Assembly: GCA_951406725.2 (NCBI GenBank)
Contig: OX597819.1
Span: 17,856,001-17,920,000 of the forward strand
From: Octopus vulgaris
Taxonomy: Eukaryota
Direction of reading: 5' to 3'
Length of the DNA: 64,000 nucleotides
In this document: positions 1 through 11,590 of the stretch, piece by piece
Numbering within the stretch: the stretch's first letter is position 1
Layout: the number at the start of each line of letters is the position of its first letter
Translations under genes and position numbers: made by a program
Notes under the pieces: model-generated
What the model was told of the DNA's origin: nothing
Databases searched by the model: none
What the model saw: the letters and a program-made list of their open reading frames with translations, nothing else

Positions 1-214
1 GATCCCTAGACTTACGTGATAAACATGGACTCGAGTTTCTGGGTGGTTATTCGTTTTCAGCGTATGTTAATCGCCAGCTAGTCATTTTTGTTATGTCATG
101 TGGGCAGTGCCTAAAGATTGCGATAAGATACTAGGCGTGTTCAGAAATATTGCCTGCAACGTTTTCATTGCATGAAATAAATAGCAACATATAAAACCAT
201 ACATCGTGTTTATA

Positions 215-690
215 TGTGTACAGGACGTCACCGTCAGTAAACAGCATGAAATACGAAAACAAATGAATTTAACACGCAGAAAAACGAGAGTAAAATGGAA
301 GGCAAGACAAATAACACAAAGAACGTCCCTTTATCAGTTGTCTGGTGTCTATCTACTCCTCATTTCAAGCATTCAACGACTATATGAGTATTTGAAGACA
401 GTTACTTCCATAAATACCAAAATAAAGTTTTGGATTTATGAAGGGTCAATTTGGGAACAAAAGTAGGAGAGTCGAGGCATACAAGGAAACCGAACGAAAA
501 CAAACATGGAGGGTTGTTAGACCAGAACGAGGGTAAAATAGCGAGCACTGGGAGAAATATTTTCTTTGAAAAGAGAAAAGATAGAAGAGGATTAGAAGAC
601 GTCCAGTCCCTAAGACGTCTCGAGGAAAAGAAAGATGGTCACGTGATGAAAAGAAAGATGGACTATGGTTACGTGTGAGCAACGAGAGAG
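215..690 (-). repeat. Dispersed repeat, probably a Penelope-like element tail (family E)
   Basis: Reverse complement aligns by eye with 18895-19335 (e.g. gacccttcataaatccaaa vs gaccctccgcaaaatcccaaa, gacgtcct end) and with the arms of 26513-26837. Confidence 0.55.
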
Positions 691-1354
691 AGAGACAAAG
701 AGAAAGAGGGGGAGAAAGAGACAGACAAAAAACGGTGAATGAGAGAAAAAGATAATTAGAGAATGATGGGGAGAAAATAGTATAGAGTAGATTCGCATCA
801 AAAAGGTTACGATAAACTTACTTGGAAATAATTAGGTCCGTACATGTATGCATAAGTATATATCAGCGTATATGTATATTTGAATGCAAGTATGCATAGC
901 AATACACTAGTGAAAGTCACACATCATTGAAATACACTTCTGAATCTTATTAAATACTCATCTATCTTACAAACTATTCTTGTATTTACCACTCTTTCTA
1001 TATATCGGTCCGAATGCACAGATCGTATTCAATAAATTATATCAGAAGAGGTGATTAAAGAAGTAGAGATGGTAGCCTGGTTGGCCCTTCAGACTTTCAT
1101 CAAGCATTTCCTAATTTTGCGAGATATATATTGTGAATTGAATAAATTGTAACACACATGAAGGCGCACAGAACAATGTACGGACATGCTTCGACGAAGG
1201 ATGTCATTACAGCGTTGTGTTGGACAGATTATTCAGCCATTCGAAAATTACCATGACTCTTTAGAATTAAACTACAACAGCCGAAGAAAGCTGTGTGTAC
1301 ATAAATGAACGGTGTTTTAGACACGTTATCTATCTATATATGTATCGGTCTGTC

Positions 1355-1358
<4 letters not shown>

Positions 1359-1416
<58 letters not shown>

Positions 1417-1436
1417 TGTATATATATATATCTCTC

Positions 1437-1486
<50 letters not shown>

Positions 1487-1490
1487 TTGC
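1359..1490. repeat. (TA)n followed by (TCTA)n microsatellite
   Basis: Read directly. Confidence 0.95.
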
Positions 1491-1524
1491 TTATTTGCAA
1501 AAAAAAAAAAGAAATATAACATGT

Positions 1525-1849
1525 GACTTCATTGACCGAGGTTACCGTGGTCTTTTCCGTAGGCTTTTCCTTCCACGGGTAAACCTCACCTGTCCTCCCC
1601 ATTACACTTCATATTGACATTTCTGTGATTACGATCCCTATTGATCAACTTTTTTTCCTCTCCCCATTTCTTCTTTTTTCCCTCTCCCCCCCTTTTTTAA
1701 AAAATCCTCCCCTTTTTTGTCCTCTTTCTTTCCTTTTACGATCCCTTTTGATCGAAAGCCAACCCCCTTTTTTTTACCCCCAAAAGAAAAGCTCTACCTT
1801 GTAATTTGTTCTGTCTGTGTGCAGCCCTGTGTGGCTAATAAAGAAACAT

Positions 1850-1850
<1 letters not shown>
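1525..1850 (+). mobile_element. Probable retroelement (LINE) 3' UTR fragment
   Basis: Hairpin gaggttaccgtgg...ccacgggtaaacctc, a pyrimidine tract, then agccctgtgtggctAATAAAgaaa running into (TCTA)n. The end resembles the tail of SINE family A. Confidence 0.45.
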
Positions 1851-2077
<227 letters not shown>

Positions 2078-2925
2078 AAAATATATATTCTTAATTCTAT
2101 ATCTCCTTCCCCCTTTCTCTCTCACTCGTTTTTTTCTGTCGCTCTGTCTATCTATATTTATGTGTGAGTGTGTGTTTGTGTGTGAGTGTGTGTATATGTA
2201 TGTAAGTGTGTTTGTTTGCATGTATATATGTATGCATGCATATGTATATCTCTTCTCTATCTGCTTATCTAGCAGTATACGCTTTTAGTGAAATCGTATT
2301 TATTCATCTATATAGTTCGTCCTTCAAAGTTTACATCAATTTCTATGTCTGTCTTCCTCCCTATCTAAGAACGTCTTTTTATTCACATTTGTTTTATGGC
2401 CATGGAATAACCAGGAGCTTTTTATCACAAGTAATTAGATGTAAATATTACAAGCCAGTTGTCAAATCTTCTGAGATGCATAAATCTCGTTCGCAAATTC
2501 ACCGTCGATCATTCCGCAAGTTATCTTGTCGATCTTTCTGCAAGTCATCTAGTGTATATCCAGCTACGACTGCACGGTTTCTCGTTCTATAAATTTACGG
2601 AGGAGATAACAGATCTTTGTCGATTTGCAACGTAATTAGATCCTACATTTTATAGTATAAAACTGATAATAATTAACTAATAATAAAATGCACGTTAAGA
2701 TATAATTAAATATTTTATACACGATTTCACCCATTTTGCTTCATTTTTAATATGCTATCTGCTTTATATGTAATCTGTTTAATATGTAATCAACCTGTTG
2801 ATTCCAAAACCAATATTACGTGGACTATTGCCTGGGTATGTATTGTGGATCTACATACAACTCCCAGACCCACATAATAATATATACATACATAGATATA
2901 TAAATGTATATATACATATATGTAT

Positions 2926-3078
<153 letters not shown>

Positions 3079-3599
3079 AAAGTAAGATAGGGGTTATGAG
3101 GGTAACCCACTATGGGTTGTAAGGACCATTTTATGTGTATTTTTCTTATGGTATTATTATCTTGCATATTGATGTATATTGTTTTGTTCGATTTGGATGT
3201 TCCTATTTATATAGTTAATAAATAATATGAAATGGTAATATCTGTAAGTTGATGATTGAAATCAATTTGTTCCTCCATTTTCTTATTTGTATTATATATA
3301 TACTATGTGTGTAAGTCTGTATGTGTGTGTGTAAACATCATGTAAACATCAGTTGATCGGCTAGACTATGAGATGATATACATCGCTGATTGCAATGCGG
3401 TTTGCATCGTTTTAGCTTTCGAATGAAGGTTCTCGGCTGCCTAGGGGAGCCAGGCCAACATTCCTGTCTGATCGGAAGGTTACTCCCCGGTAGTGATTGG
3501 GTTGGAGCAGCGTCACATCTTCTGTTTTGCTCAAAAACGCGCTGCTCGACCCTGAAACCGTACCCACTATCTACCGATCGTTCTATAATAACACACACA

Positions 3600-3683
<84 letters not shown>

Positions 3684-3984
3684 TGGTAGGGAAACAAGAA
3701 GAAAATGGAGAAGAAATGGATGTAACTAATGATTTATTTGCAAGTTAAAAAATAACCCGATTACACGTTGAATGCTCCAAAAATAAATTAAAATGAAATA
3801 AGAAACCTACATATATGCTTCGTGTATGTTTATTAATTAAATCCATTTCTTCTTCGTTTTCTTCTTCTTTTTCCCCATTATTGATAATTTCAACAATAAT
3901 TCCCAACATAAACCAATTACATTACCATTATGTATGGATTAAACCAGTGGAAATTATAATCCACAATGTGCATATGACTTCCCC

Positions 3985-3991
<7 letters not shown>

Positions 3992-4058
<67 letters not shown>
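3992..4058. repeat. (AAT)n microsatellite abutting a Dong/R4-type LINE fragment
   Basis: Read directly. Confidence 0.95.
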
Positions 4059-4059
<1 letters not shown>

Positions 4060-4363
4060 GAACTTCCCCATTCAAACTGACAGAAAGATAGATGGAAATA
4101 GGCCAGACATCATATTGAAAGACTTCAAACAAAGAACATGCCTCCTCATTAATATGACTGTCCCAATCGATATAAATGTATCTGTCAAGACCTACTAAAA
4201 ACTGAGCAAATATAAAGATCTTAAAATAGAAATCAGCAAAATGTGAAACCTAAAGACTAAAACAATACCTGTTGTCATAGGTGCCCTGGGAATGATAGCA
4301 AAAGGGGCTGATCGCTATCTAACTCAGGTACCAGGAAACCCCAAAATGGCAGAGATTCAAAAG
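4058..4363 (+). pseudogene. Dong/R4-type non-LTR retrotransposon, REL endonuclease C-terminus, part 1 (5'-truncated, with stops)
   Basis: Translates WNFPIQTDRKIDGNRPDIILKDFKQRTCLLINMTVP...Y*KLSKYKDLKIEISKM*NLKTKTIPVVIGALGMI...MAEIQK, the RPD / K..KY motifs of a restriction-like endonuclease. Confidence 0.85.
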
Positions 4364-4394
4364 AGATAGCCCTAGCGGAGATAGCCCTAGCGAG

Positions 4395-4613
4395 GTGATT
4401 GCGGCTGCGCTGAAGAGCAAAGGCTACAAGAGGACAGCGGCTCAGATGGAGCGAAAGAGACGGGAATTCGTGCGCTCATATGCGCTTATACGGTCGCACA
4501 TTGGCGCACTTGATGCCATCTTTGAGAACGAGCGGGGCAAAGATGGCAAGAATGGAGACGATGAAAGAAATCACCCCCCACCTGGTGGACGCCCGGGAGG
4601 GGGTTTTGAATGA
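4395..4613 (+). CDS. 5' ORF1 segment with a Myb/SANT-like (trihelix) motif
   Basis: IAAALKSKGYKRTAAQMERKRREFVRSY resembles the trihelix pattern IA..L...GY.RT..QC..K...L...Y. It is out of frame with the downstream ORF. Confidence 0.4.
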   Translation: MIAAALKSKGYKRTAAQMERKRREFVRSYALIRSHIGALDAIFENERGKDGKNGDDERNHPPPGGRPGGGFE

Positions 4614-6276
4614 GAAACCTACCCGGGAAGTGAACCCAGGTGCAAGTTCTCCAACCGGCAGCAAAGGCCATGGAGACGGAGAACCCGGTGAAGAGGTAGA
4701 GGGAGGAGGAAGAACTAAAAGAAGGGCTGGAAGAGCTAAAGGAAAAGCTCAAGCAGGACCAAAGGGTGAAACAACCAGGAATAGAAGTGGAACCGCAAAA
4801 GATGGAAACAAACAGCACACACAGGTGTGTAGGTTCTACCTGAGAGGTTCCTGCTGGCATGGAAAGGAAGGTGCAGGCTGCCGCTTTGCACATCGGGGAC
4901 CCTGCCACAGAGACACGAGGCAGATGGACAAACCATCAACACAGGGAAAAGGGATGGACCACGCACCACTTGCCCCAAAGCGGAGGTACGCAGATGTTGT
5001 GCGTGCCACAAACCACCAACATGATGTCGTCGAAAGGGCAGCTGCTGAGCAACAATCTTTTTTTGTGCATGGCACAAAAGATTGTACAGCAGCTGACCTG
5101 GCTTCATCAAACCCAAGCCCGGAGGTGGGACTACCCACTATATACCAGACCACCACAGCAAACAGACCCAGGATGGACACCACCGGCAACAACGTACACC
5201 TCACCACGATGCTCCTACTGAACATCAGAGGACTGCAAACACTCAGTAACAGGGCAAAAATCCCGTTCCTGAGAGATTTTGTTGCATGCAATCAAGCCTT
5301 ATGCATAGCACTAACGGAAACGCACCTGAAACCGGATATAGCAGATGCGGAGTTACACATACCACAGTATGCTGTACTACGGACCGACAGGAAAGAAAGG
5401 AGTCATGGAGGTGTTGCTATGTACATCCGTGAGGACCTCACACCCCAGGTCCTCTTGTCATACTCAAACTCGGTGTGTGACACACTAATTGTACATATTA
5501 GGCAACTTGATGTAGTTGTGTGTGCTACATATCGCCCTCCAGATACCCCAAGCCATGTGGACAAGTTTGAAGACTGCCTTATAAAAATAGAAGAAGTTCT
5601 AACCACATTAGAACAACACATAAGTGTACTTCTTATGGGAGACTTCAATCTGCCCAATGTCAGATGGCCCGAGGGCCTTTCTCTCCCAGGAATGACAAGA
5701 TGTGAACGAGGACAGGCGAGGTCCCTCCTGAACCTCATCAACACCCTGTACATGGAGCAGGTAATACTCCAACCAACCAGGGCAGGTAACACACTGGATC
5801 TCTGCTTCACAAATGACATGGATCTCATCCATAATGTGAAAGTGACACCGACACTACTCTCGGATCACAACATGATAGAGCTGACCATGTACGGGCCAAA
5901 AGAGAGCACGGACATGCAGCCTACAAGAAATCCTCAGAATCTTTCCAGCTTGAACTACCATAAGGCAAACTGGAAACAAATTGAGAAAGAGATCCTCAAA
6001 CAAAACTGGCCTAAATGTCTCCCCTCGCCAGACATCGACGTGAAACTTCAACAATTCATGTCTGTAATGCAAGCCATATGCTACAAATGTGTCCCAGAGA
6101 GAAAGGCCACTGTACACAAGAACAAAATCCCCAGAGAGAGGAAAATTTTAATGAGACGGCGTACAAAATTTTCAAATCGCCTAAACAAACAAATTGAAAG
6201 CAGTGAAAAGTCCCGCCTAAAAATAAAACTGTTGGAAATCGAAAAATGTCTGCAACTCTCCCATGAAAAGGAATGA
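4480..6276 (+). CDS. LINE ORF1 (CCCH zinc finger) in frame with the APE endonuclease part of ORF2
   Basis: CRFYLRGSCWHGKEGAGCRFAH finger. APE motifs LNIRGL, LTETHL, GGVAMYI, YRPP, GDFNLP, PTR..NTLDL, SDHN. Ends at an internal TGA, 6274-6276. Confidence 0.85.
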   Translation: MRLYGRTLAHLMPSLRTSGAKMARMETMKEITPHLVDAREGVLNEKPTREVNPGASSPTGSKGHGDGEPGEEVEGGGRTKRRAGRAKGKAQAGPKGETTRNRSGTAKDGNKQHTQVCRFYLRGSCWHGKEGAGCRFAHRGPCHRDTRQMDKPSTQGKGMDHAPLAPKRRYADVVRATNHQHDVVERAAAEQQSFFVHGTKDCTAADLASSNPSPEVGLPTIYQTTTANRPRMDTTGNNVHLTTMLLLNIRGLQTLSNRAKIPFLRDFVACNQALCIALTETHLKPDIADAELHIPQYAVLRTDRKERSHGGVAMYIREDLTPQVLLSYSNSVCDTLIVHIRQLDVVVCATYRPPDTPSHVDKFEDCLIKIEEVLTTLEQHISVLLMGDFNLPNVRWPEGLSLPGMTRCERGQARSLLNLINTLYMEQVILQPTRAGNTLDLCFTNDMDLIHNVKVTPTLLSDHNMIELTMYGPKESTDMQPTRNPQNLSSLNYHKANWKQIEKEILKQNWPKCLPSPDIDVKLQQFMSVMQAICYKCVPERKATVHKNKIPRERKILMRRRTKFSNRLNKQIESSEKSRLKIKLLEIEKCLQLSHEKE

Positions 6277-8169
6277 GCAGACAAAGAAGCATGGGCTATA
6301 GACAACATAAAATCTAACCCCAGAGCTTTCTACAGGTATGCCAAAGAAACAGCTACGGTGCACTGTAGAATAGGGCCACTCCTCGAAAAGGATGGCACAT
6401 TTACAGGAAAACCAATGAGGGTAAGTGAAATACTGAATGAGCAATTCAAGAGTGTTTTCACTCCACCCCTTGGGCATCTCCAAATCACCAATCCAACTGA
6501 CTTTTTTACCACTGCAGATATAAAATCAGAGGCGGCGACGATAGATTACATCGATATAAAGGAAGACGATGTAATCAAGGCTATAGATGAAATGAAAACA
6601 GACTCAGCTACTGGCCCCGATGGATTCCCGGTAATCCTCCTAAAAGCATGTAAGAGAGTCCTAGCAAGACCACTGCAGTTCCTCTTTCAGAGCTTCCTTG
6701 CAGCTGGCAAACTTCCAAGAAAACTGAAGGAAGGTAAAATATGCCCCATTCATAAAGGAGGTAGCAGAGCGGAAGCCAAGAACTATAGACCTATCTCTCT
6801 GACCTCACACATCAGCAAGGTCATGGAACGAATAGTCAGAAGGAAGCTGATCACCTTCCTTGAAGAGAATGACTTGCTGCCCGACACCCAACATGGTTTC
6901 CGACCAGGGAGAAGCTGTTTAACTCAGCTCCTACAACACTATGACTGGGTGCTGAAACGGCTGCTCAACCACTCAAATGTGGAAGTGATATATCTCGACT
7001 TTGCAAAGGCCTTTGATAAAGTCGATCATGGAATGATATGTCACAAACTGCGTGATCTCAACATAGTTGGAAAACTGGGAGAATGGCTTCATGACTTTCT
7101 GAAAGATAGAAGTCAGGTGGTAGTGGCCAATGGAGCCACTTCCATTAACACGCAAATAGTGAGCGGTGTTCCGCAGGGCACTGTTCTGGGACCACTACTG
7201 TTCATAATGGCCCTCTCAGACATGCCCTCAGCCACGCAGAGAGCCACGATCACAAGTTATGCAGATGATACAAAAGTTTCACAGGCAATACAGAACCCTG
7301 AGGACACTAAACACCTGCAATGTGAGCTAGACAAAATATACAAGTGGGCCGAAAAGAATAGCATGCAGTTCAATGCTGAAAAGTTTCAAGCTCTATACTA
7401 TCAGCATGCAAAACTAAATGCAATACCCAATGAATACACTGGACCCGGAGGAATAGCAATCCCAGAGGCACAATCAGTGCGTGACCTAGGTATTTACATG
7501 AGTGATGACGCGACCTTTCGTGTACATGTTGCTAAATTGGCAATGAAATGTAGACGACTGGCCGGATGGATCCTCAGAACCTTTAGAACAAGAGAACAAG
7601 AAACCATGATGGTCCTCTGGAGGACACTTGTCCTAAGCCACTTTGACTACTGCTCTCAGTTATGGTCACCATCCAGTGTCAAGTTGATCACAGAGCTCGA
7701 GGCGATCCAACGTAGCTACACGAAGAAGATAGCCTCTATGCAGAGTGTAAGCTACTGGGAAAGACTCAAGAGATTAAAACTATATTCCCTGGAGCGTAGG
7801 CGGGAAAGATATGCCATAATATACATCTGGAAGATCCTGGAGGGAAGTGTCCTGAACTTTGGCATCGAGAGTTACGCAAATGCCAGAACTGGGCGCCACT
7901 TCGTGGTGCCTAGAACTCCAAACTTGCCATCAAGATGTAGGACAAGATTCTGTGATAGCCTGGGCTTCCGAGGCCCACAGCTCTTCAATATCCTCCCGAA
8001 GAACCTGAGAAACCTGCATGGGGTGGATGCAGATGTCTTTAAAATGAAGCTGGATCTCTTCCTGTCAGGTGTCCCAGATGAACCAACTTCACGGCAGGAG
8101 GGGCAGATGAGGGCAGCTGCATCGAACTCTCTCATGCACCAAATGGCAGTTGCTAGAAAGCTTTCGTGA
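6277..8169 (+). CDS. LINE ORF2 reverse transcriptase, same frame as 4480-6276
   Basis: GPDG, NYRPISLTS, QHGFR, YLDFAKAFDKVDH, GVPQGTVLGP, YADD, LERRRERY motifs. The frame is open from 6277 (ADKEAWAIDNIKSNPRAFYRY). Confidence 0.95.
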   Translation, partial: ADKEAWAIDNIKSNPRAFYRYAKETATVHCRIGPLLEKDGTFTGKPMRVSEILNEQFKSVFTPPLGHLQITNPTDFFTTADIKSEAATIDYIDIKEDDVIKAIDEMKTDSATGPDGFPVILLKACKRVLARPLQFLFQSFLAAGKLPRKLKEGKICPIHKGGSRAEAKNYRPISLTSHISKVMERIVRRKLITFLEENDLLPDTQHGFRPGRSCLTQLLQHYDWVLKRLLNHSNVEVIYLDFAKAFDKVDHGMICHKLRDLNIVGKLGEWLHDFLKDRSQVVVANGATSINTQIVSGVPQGTVLGPLLFIMALSDMPSATQRATITSYADDTKVSQAIQNPEDTKHLQCELDKIYKWAEKNSMQFNAEKFQALYYQHAKLNAIPNEYTGPGGIAIPEAQSVRDLGIYMSDDATFRVHVAKLAMKCRRLAGWILRTFRTREQETMMVLWRTLVLSHFDYCSQLWSPSSVKLITELEAIQRSYTKKIASMQSVSYWERLKRLKLYSLERRRERYAIIYIWKILEGSVLNFGIESYANARTGRHFVVPRTPNLPSRCRTRFCDSLGFRGPQLFNILPKNLRNLHGVDADVFKMKLDLFLSGVPDEPTSRQEGQMRAAASNSLMHQMAVARKLS

Positions 8170-8262
8170 AGTGAAACCAAGTAGCAACACCAAATGGCGA
8201 TGCCCCAGCATGGCCACAGCTCATAAGCTGAAACTAGAATCAATCAATCAAGCAATCAATCA

Positions 8263-8608
<346 letters not shown>

Positions 8609-8664
8609 TGAGGGAATATTATTCCAAACTTACAGGGAAAAATTTTATTTAGAAATACTAAATC

Positions 8665-8747
<83 letters not shown>

Positions 8748-8750
<3 letters not shown>

Positions 8751-9031
8751 TAGATGTAAGGATGAGAAATTTAGATAGGTTGATATACAAAGAATATTGA
8801 ATACGTTTAATACAAATGTTTATATGCTGACATACAAAAAACTCCGACTTACATAGAATAGAAATGATATCAAGAATGAAAGGGGTCTAAGCCCCTTTAA
8901 TTTTTGATATCATTTCTGTTCTGTGTAAGCCGGAGCTTTTTGTATGTCAGCATATACATTTTTTAAAATTTAATATATTTAATATTGTTTGTATATCGAC
9001 TTGCCTAACTTGATTATCCTTACACATACTC
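8748..9031. repeat. Imperfect fold-back palindrome, about 140-bp arms
   Basis: gagtagatgtaaggat...aaagggg / cccctttaa...atccttacacatactc. The arms are reverse complementary along their length. Confidence 0.9.
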
Positions 9032-9337
9032 CTCGACCTACTCAGATTTAAACCTCTTGAGCATTACTTGGTGTATTCTATACGGAGAATTATATATATA
9101 AACACAGTTAAAGTTTACAAACCTTGTTCAGGGATACGAAAATCCTATGAAAGTACAGGTTAATTACCTATACAAAAGTATTGAACATTATATCTAATAC
9201 TCCACTGCAACCGTGGTTTACATATAATGTATTTATTATATTATTAAGATGACATAATAGAAATAAATGTGTTAACGTTTTGCAGCCGTTTACTCAATAT
9301 GAGGAAATTAAACACCTACTTTGTATACCTTTGTCTA

Positions 9338-9419
9338 CCTCTTAAGAGATTCGACTTTTAAATATTTTTTTATTTAATTAATTAATTTTCTAAGACCCTG
9401 AATTGAAACAGCTGTAAGG
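9338..9419 (+). ncRNA. Degenerate type I hammerhead ribozyme motif
   Basis: CCU-CUUAAGA-GAUUC..GAAUU-GAAA-CAGCU-GUA-AGG. The core has G5U and stem I is only 3 bp. Confidence 0.4.
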
Positions 9420-9482
9420 GATATTTGTTAATTTTTCAAGCAATCAGTAATAATTTATTAATGAACTTTCTAGTCTTTCCTG

Positions 9483-9552
<70 letters not shown>

Positions 9553-11425
9553 AAAGAAGGTTACATTTTCACGACGAGGATTCACTTATTCAAGACATTC
9601 CTTTATCTCCCATTAAATTCACGTGTCCGTTTTGTGGACGGTCTAATATTACAGAAAACTCGCCAACTTAAATAGCATTTGCCTTAATTAAATTCAGATT
9701 GTAGCTGTGGCATATTGTCAATAATTAGGTCGCAGATAAGTGATAAATAACACGACCAGTTAAGAACTAAATGAAAATGAATATTACAAGCTTTCTCAGT
9801 TAACTAAAATGGCTCTCAAACGATATGACTGTTTGATTTTCAATATTCGGTTTCAGGTCTAGACGTCTTACTGTCTTTTAAAATCACAAGATGCCGTCGA
9901 ACTAAAAGTAGATTATGTTGATATTGTAATGTTCTAATTGGTTATGTAATAAAACGTAGGAGAGTTTTATAAGTTTTCTTGTGTTTGTCTAATGGAGTAA
10001 ATTATAAATTATTATGGCTTTATGTTGTTTTATTTTACAAAGTGACAACACTGGGTGAGTCAAAGTAGAGACTGAAGGATATTATTCTCAAGAATGATAT
10101 ATATTTATATAATGTCGACTTGAGAGAATGATGATTCTAATAATAAATATTGTAAGGTTCAATATAATAATATGTGTCCTTATGCGTTAGATTTCGAAAT
10201 TGCTCGTAAATCTAACAGGATATTGGATTAAAATTGAAGCGGGACGAGGCCTTAATTCAGGGGTCATTCGATCAAAGGCGGGATGTATCATTCTATGAAG
10301 TAATGTTGTTACATAATGTATTGAGAGAACACAACATGTTATTATTTGCACTGTTGTAGAATATACTCTTGAAATGGTAATGTAATATTTAGGTTAACTT
10401 GAATTTATATGCTGAAATAGAATTCAAATATAATGAAATTCTGAACATGCAATAGGTGATGGGTTTTTAGAACAATGTTCAAATAAATGAGAAGTACAAG
10501 TATGTGTTATATATTTATAACAGTAACACAGTGATATTATATTGGCGATCTACTGTAATTAAAATTTGTAAATTTAAAGGATAAACGTGATCAAAGTCAT
10601 AAATATTTAGCACATTGGTAACATTTTCAAATAACTGAGAATTGGAGGTGAATTATATCAGTATGCAACAGATGGAATGGAGGATATCAAATGGAAAATT
10701 CAATTTGTGGACTAGGAGAGAATAAAGTGCTCAAAGAGATATGGTCGATGAATTGTCGCTTGAAGTTGGTAGGTTTTTGTGGTTTGATATTAGATTATTA
10801 CCTGTTAGGGAATTATATTAAATTAATATCTGTTAGAGAGTGTTGAGAAACGTCTGAAATGATGAAACGCTTTATATGTTATGCATTCACGAGAGGAGAT
10901 GCATTCAGGTGCCGATTAAGAAGTGTTTTCGCAGAGGGAATTTCAAATCTCACTGTTGTACATGGAAGCTGGGCACTTTATGCTGTAACATCAATTTACG
11001 CTGATGTTCACTAGACAATTATTTCGGTTATTGCAACACACAGTATTGAAGTTCAGCGTAGCCATGTTTAGTTTAGATTGGTAATAAGTACATAGGTCTT
11101 GTACAAAGATTTGTGCGATGAAGGACAATATTTAAACAAATATTTCTTTGACATGTTATAGGAATTGTGATTGGATATATTTGGTTATAATTTTCCCTAC
11201 TTGTGTGACTAACGCTTGATTCTAAGGTGGATTATACCATATGTCTGTTTAAATTTGGGATTCTTTTCCTACGTACTGTATTTTTTATTGAACACTGAAA
11301 AGGATAATGACGTCATTGCAATAATTATAAGGGCCATTGAGGGGCTTTTTCATTTACAATAAGTTTGGATAGGTTTATTTAAATGATTGTAGCTAAATCA
11401 TTTTTAATATCATCTGGATGGTTAA

Positions 11426-11590
11426 GGCGGTGACCTGGCAGAATCGTTAGCTCGCCAGGCAAAATGCTTAGCGGCATTTCGTCCGTCCTTATGTTTTGAG
11501 TTCAAATCCCGCCAAGGTCGGCTTTGATTGTCAGCCTTTCGGAGGCGATGAAATAAATACCATTCACACATTGGAGTCGGTGTAATAGAG
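11426..11590 (+). mobile_element. tRNA-derived SINE family A (Meta-domain-like core), diverged
   Basis: A-box-like tggcagaatcg, B-box gagttcaaatc, core gcctttcggaggcgatgaaataaatacc. Confidence 0.8.

Larger units (their letters stand above)
4364..8262 (+). mobile_element. Young, near-intact APE-RT LINE (CR1/L2/Jockey supergroup-like, clade undetermined) with a (CAAT)n tail
   Basis: GC-richer 3.9-kb block with an ORF1-like region, APE endonuclease, RT, short 3' UTR and (CAAT)n tail at 8238-8264. It precisely interrupts the Dong/R4 ORF. Confidence 0.95.

Noticed and set aside
3335-3590. GC-richer island with 99-119 aa ORFs
   Set aside because: No protein motif or splice support. Probably an unclassified repeat fragment.
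4486-5828. Antisense ORFs inside the LINE
   Set aside because: Shadows of a GC-richer coding strand with no recognisable motifs.
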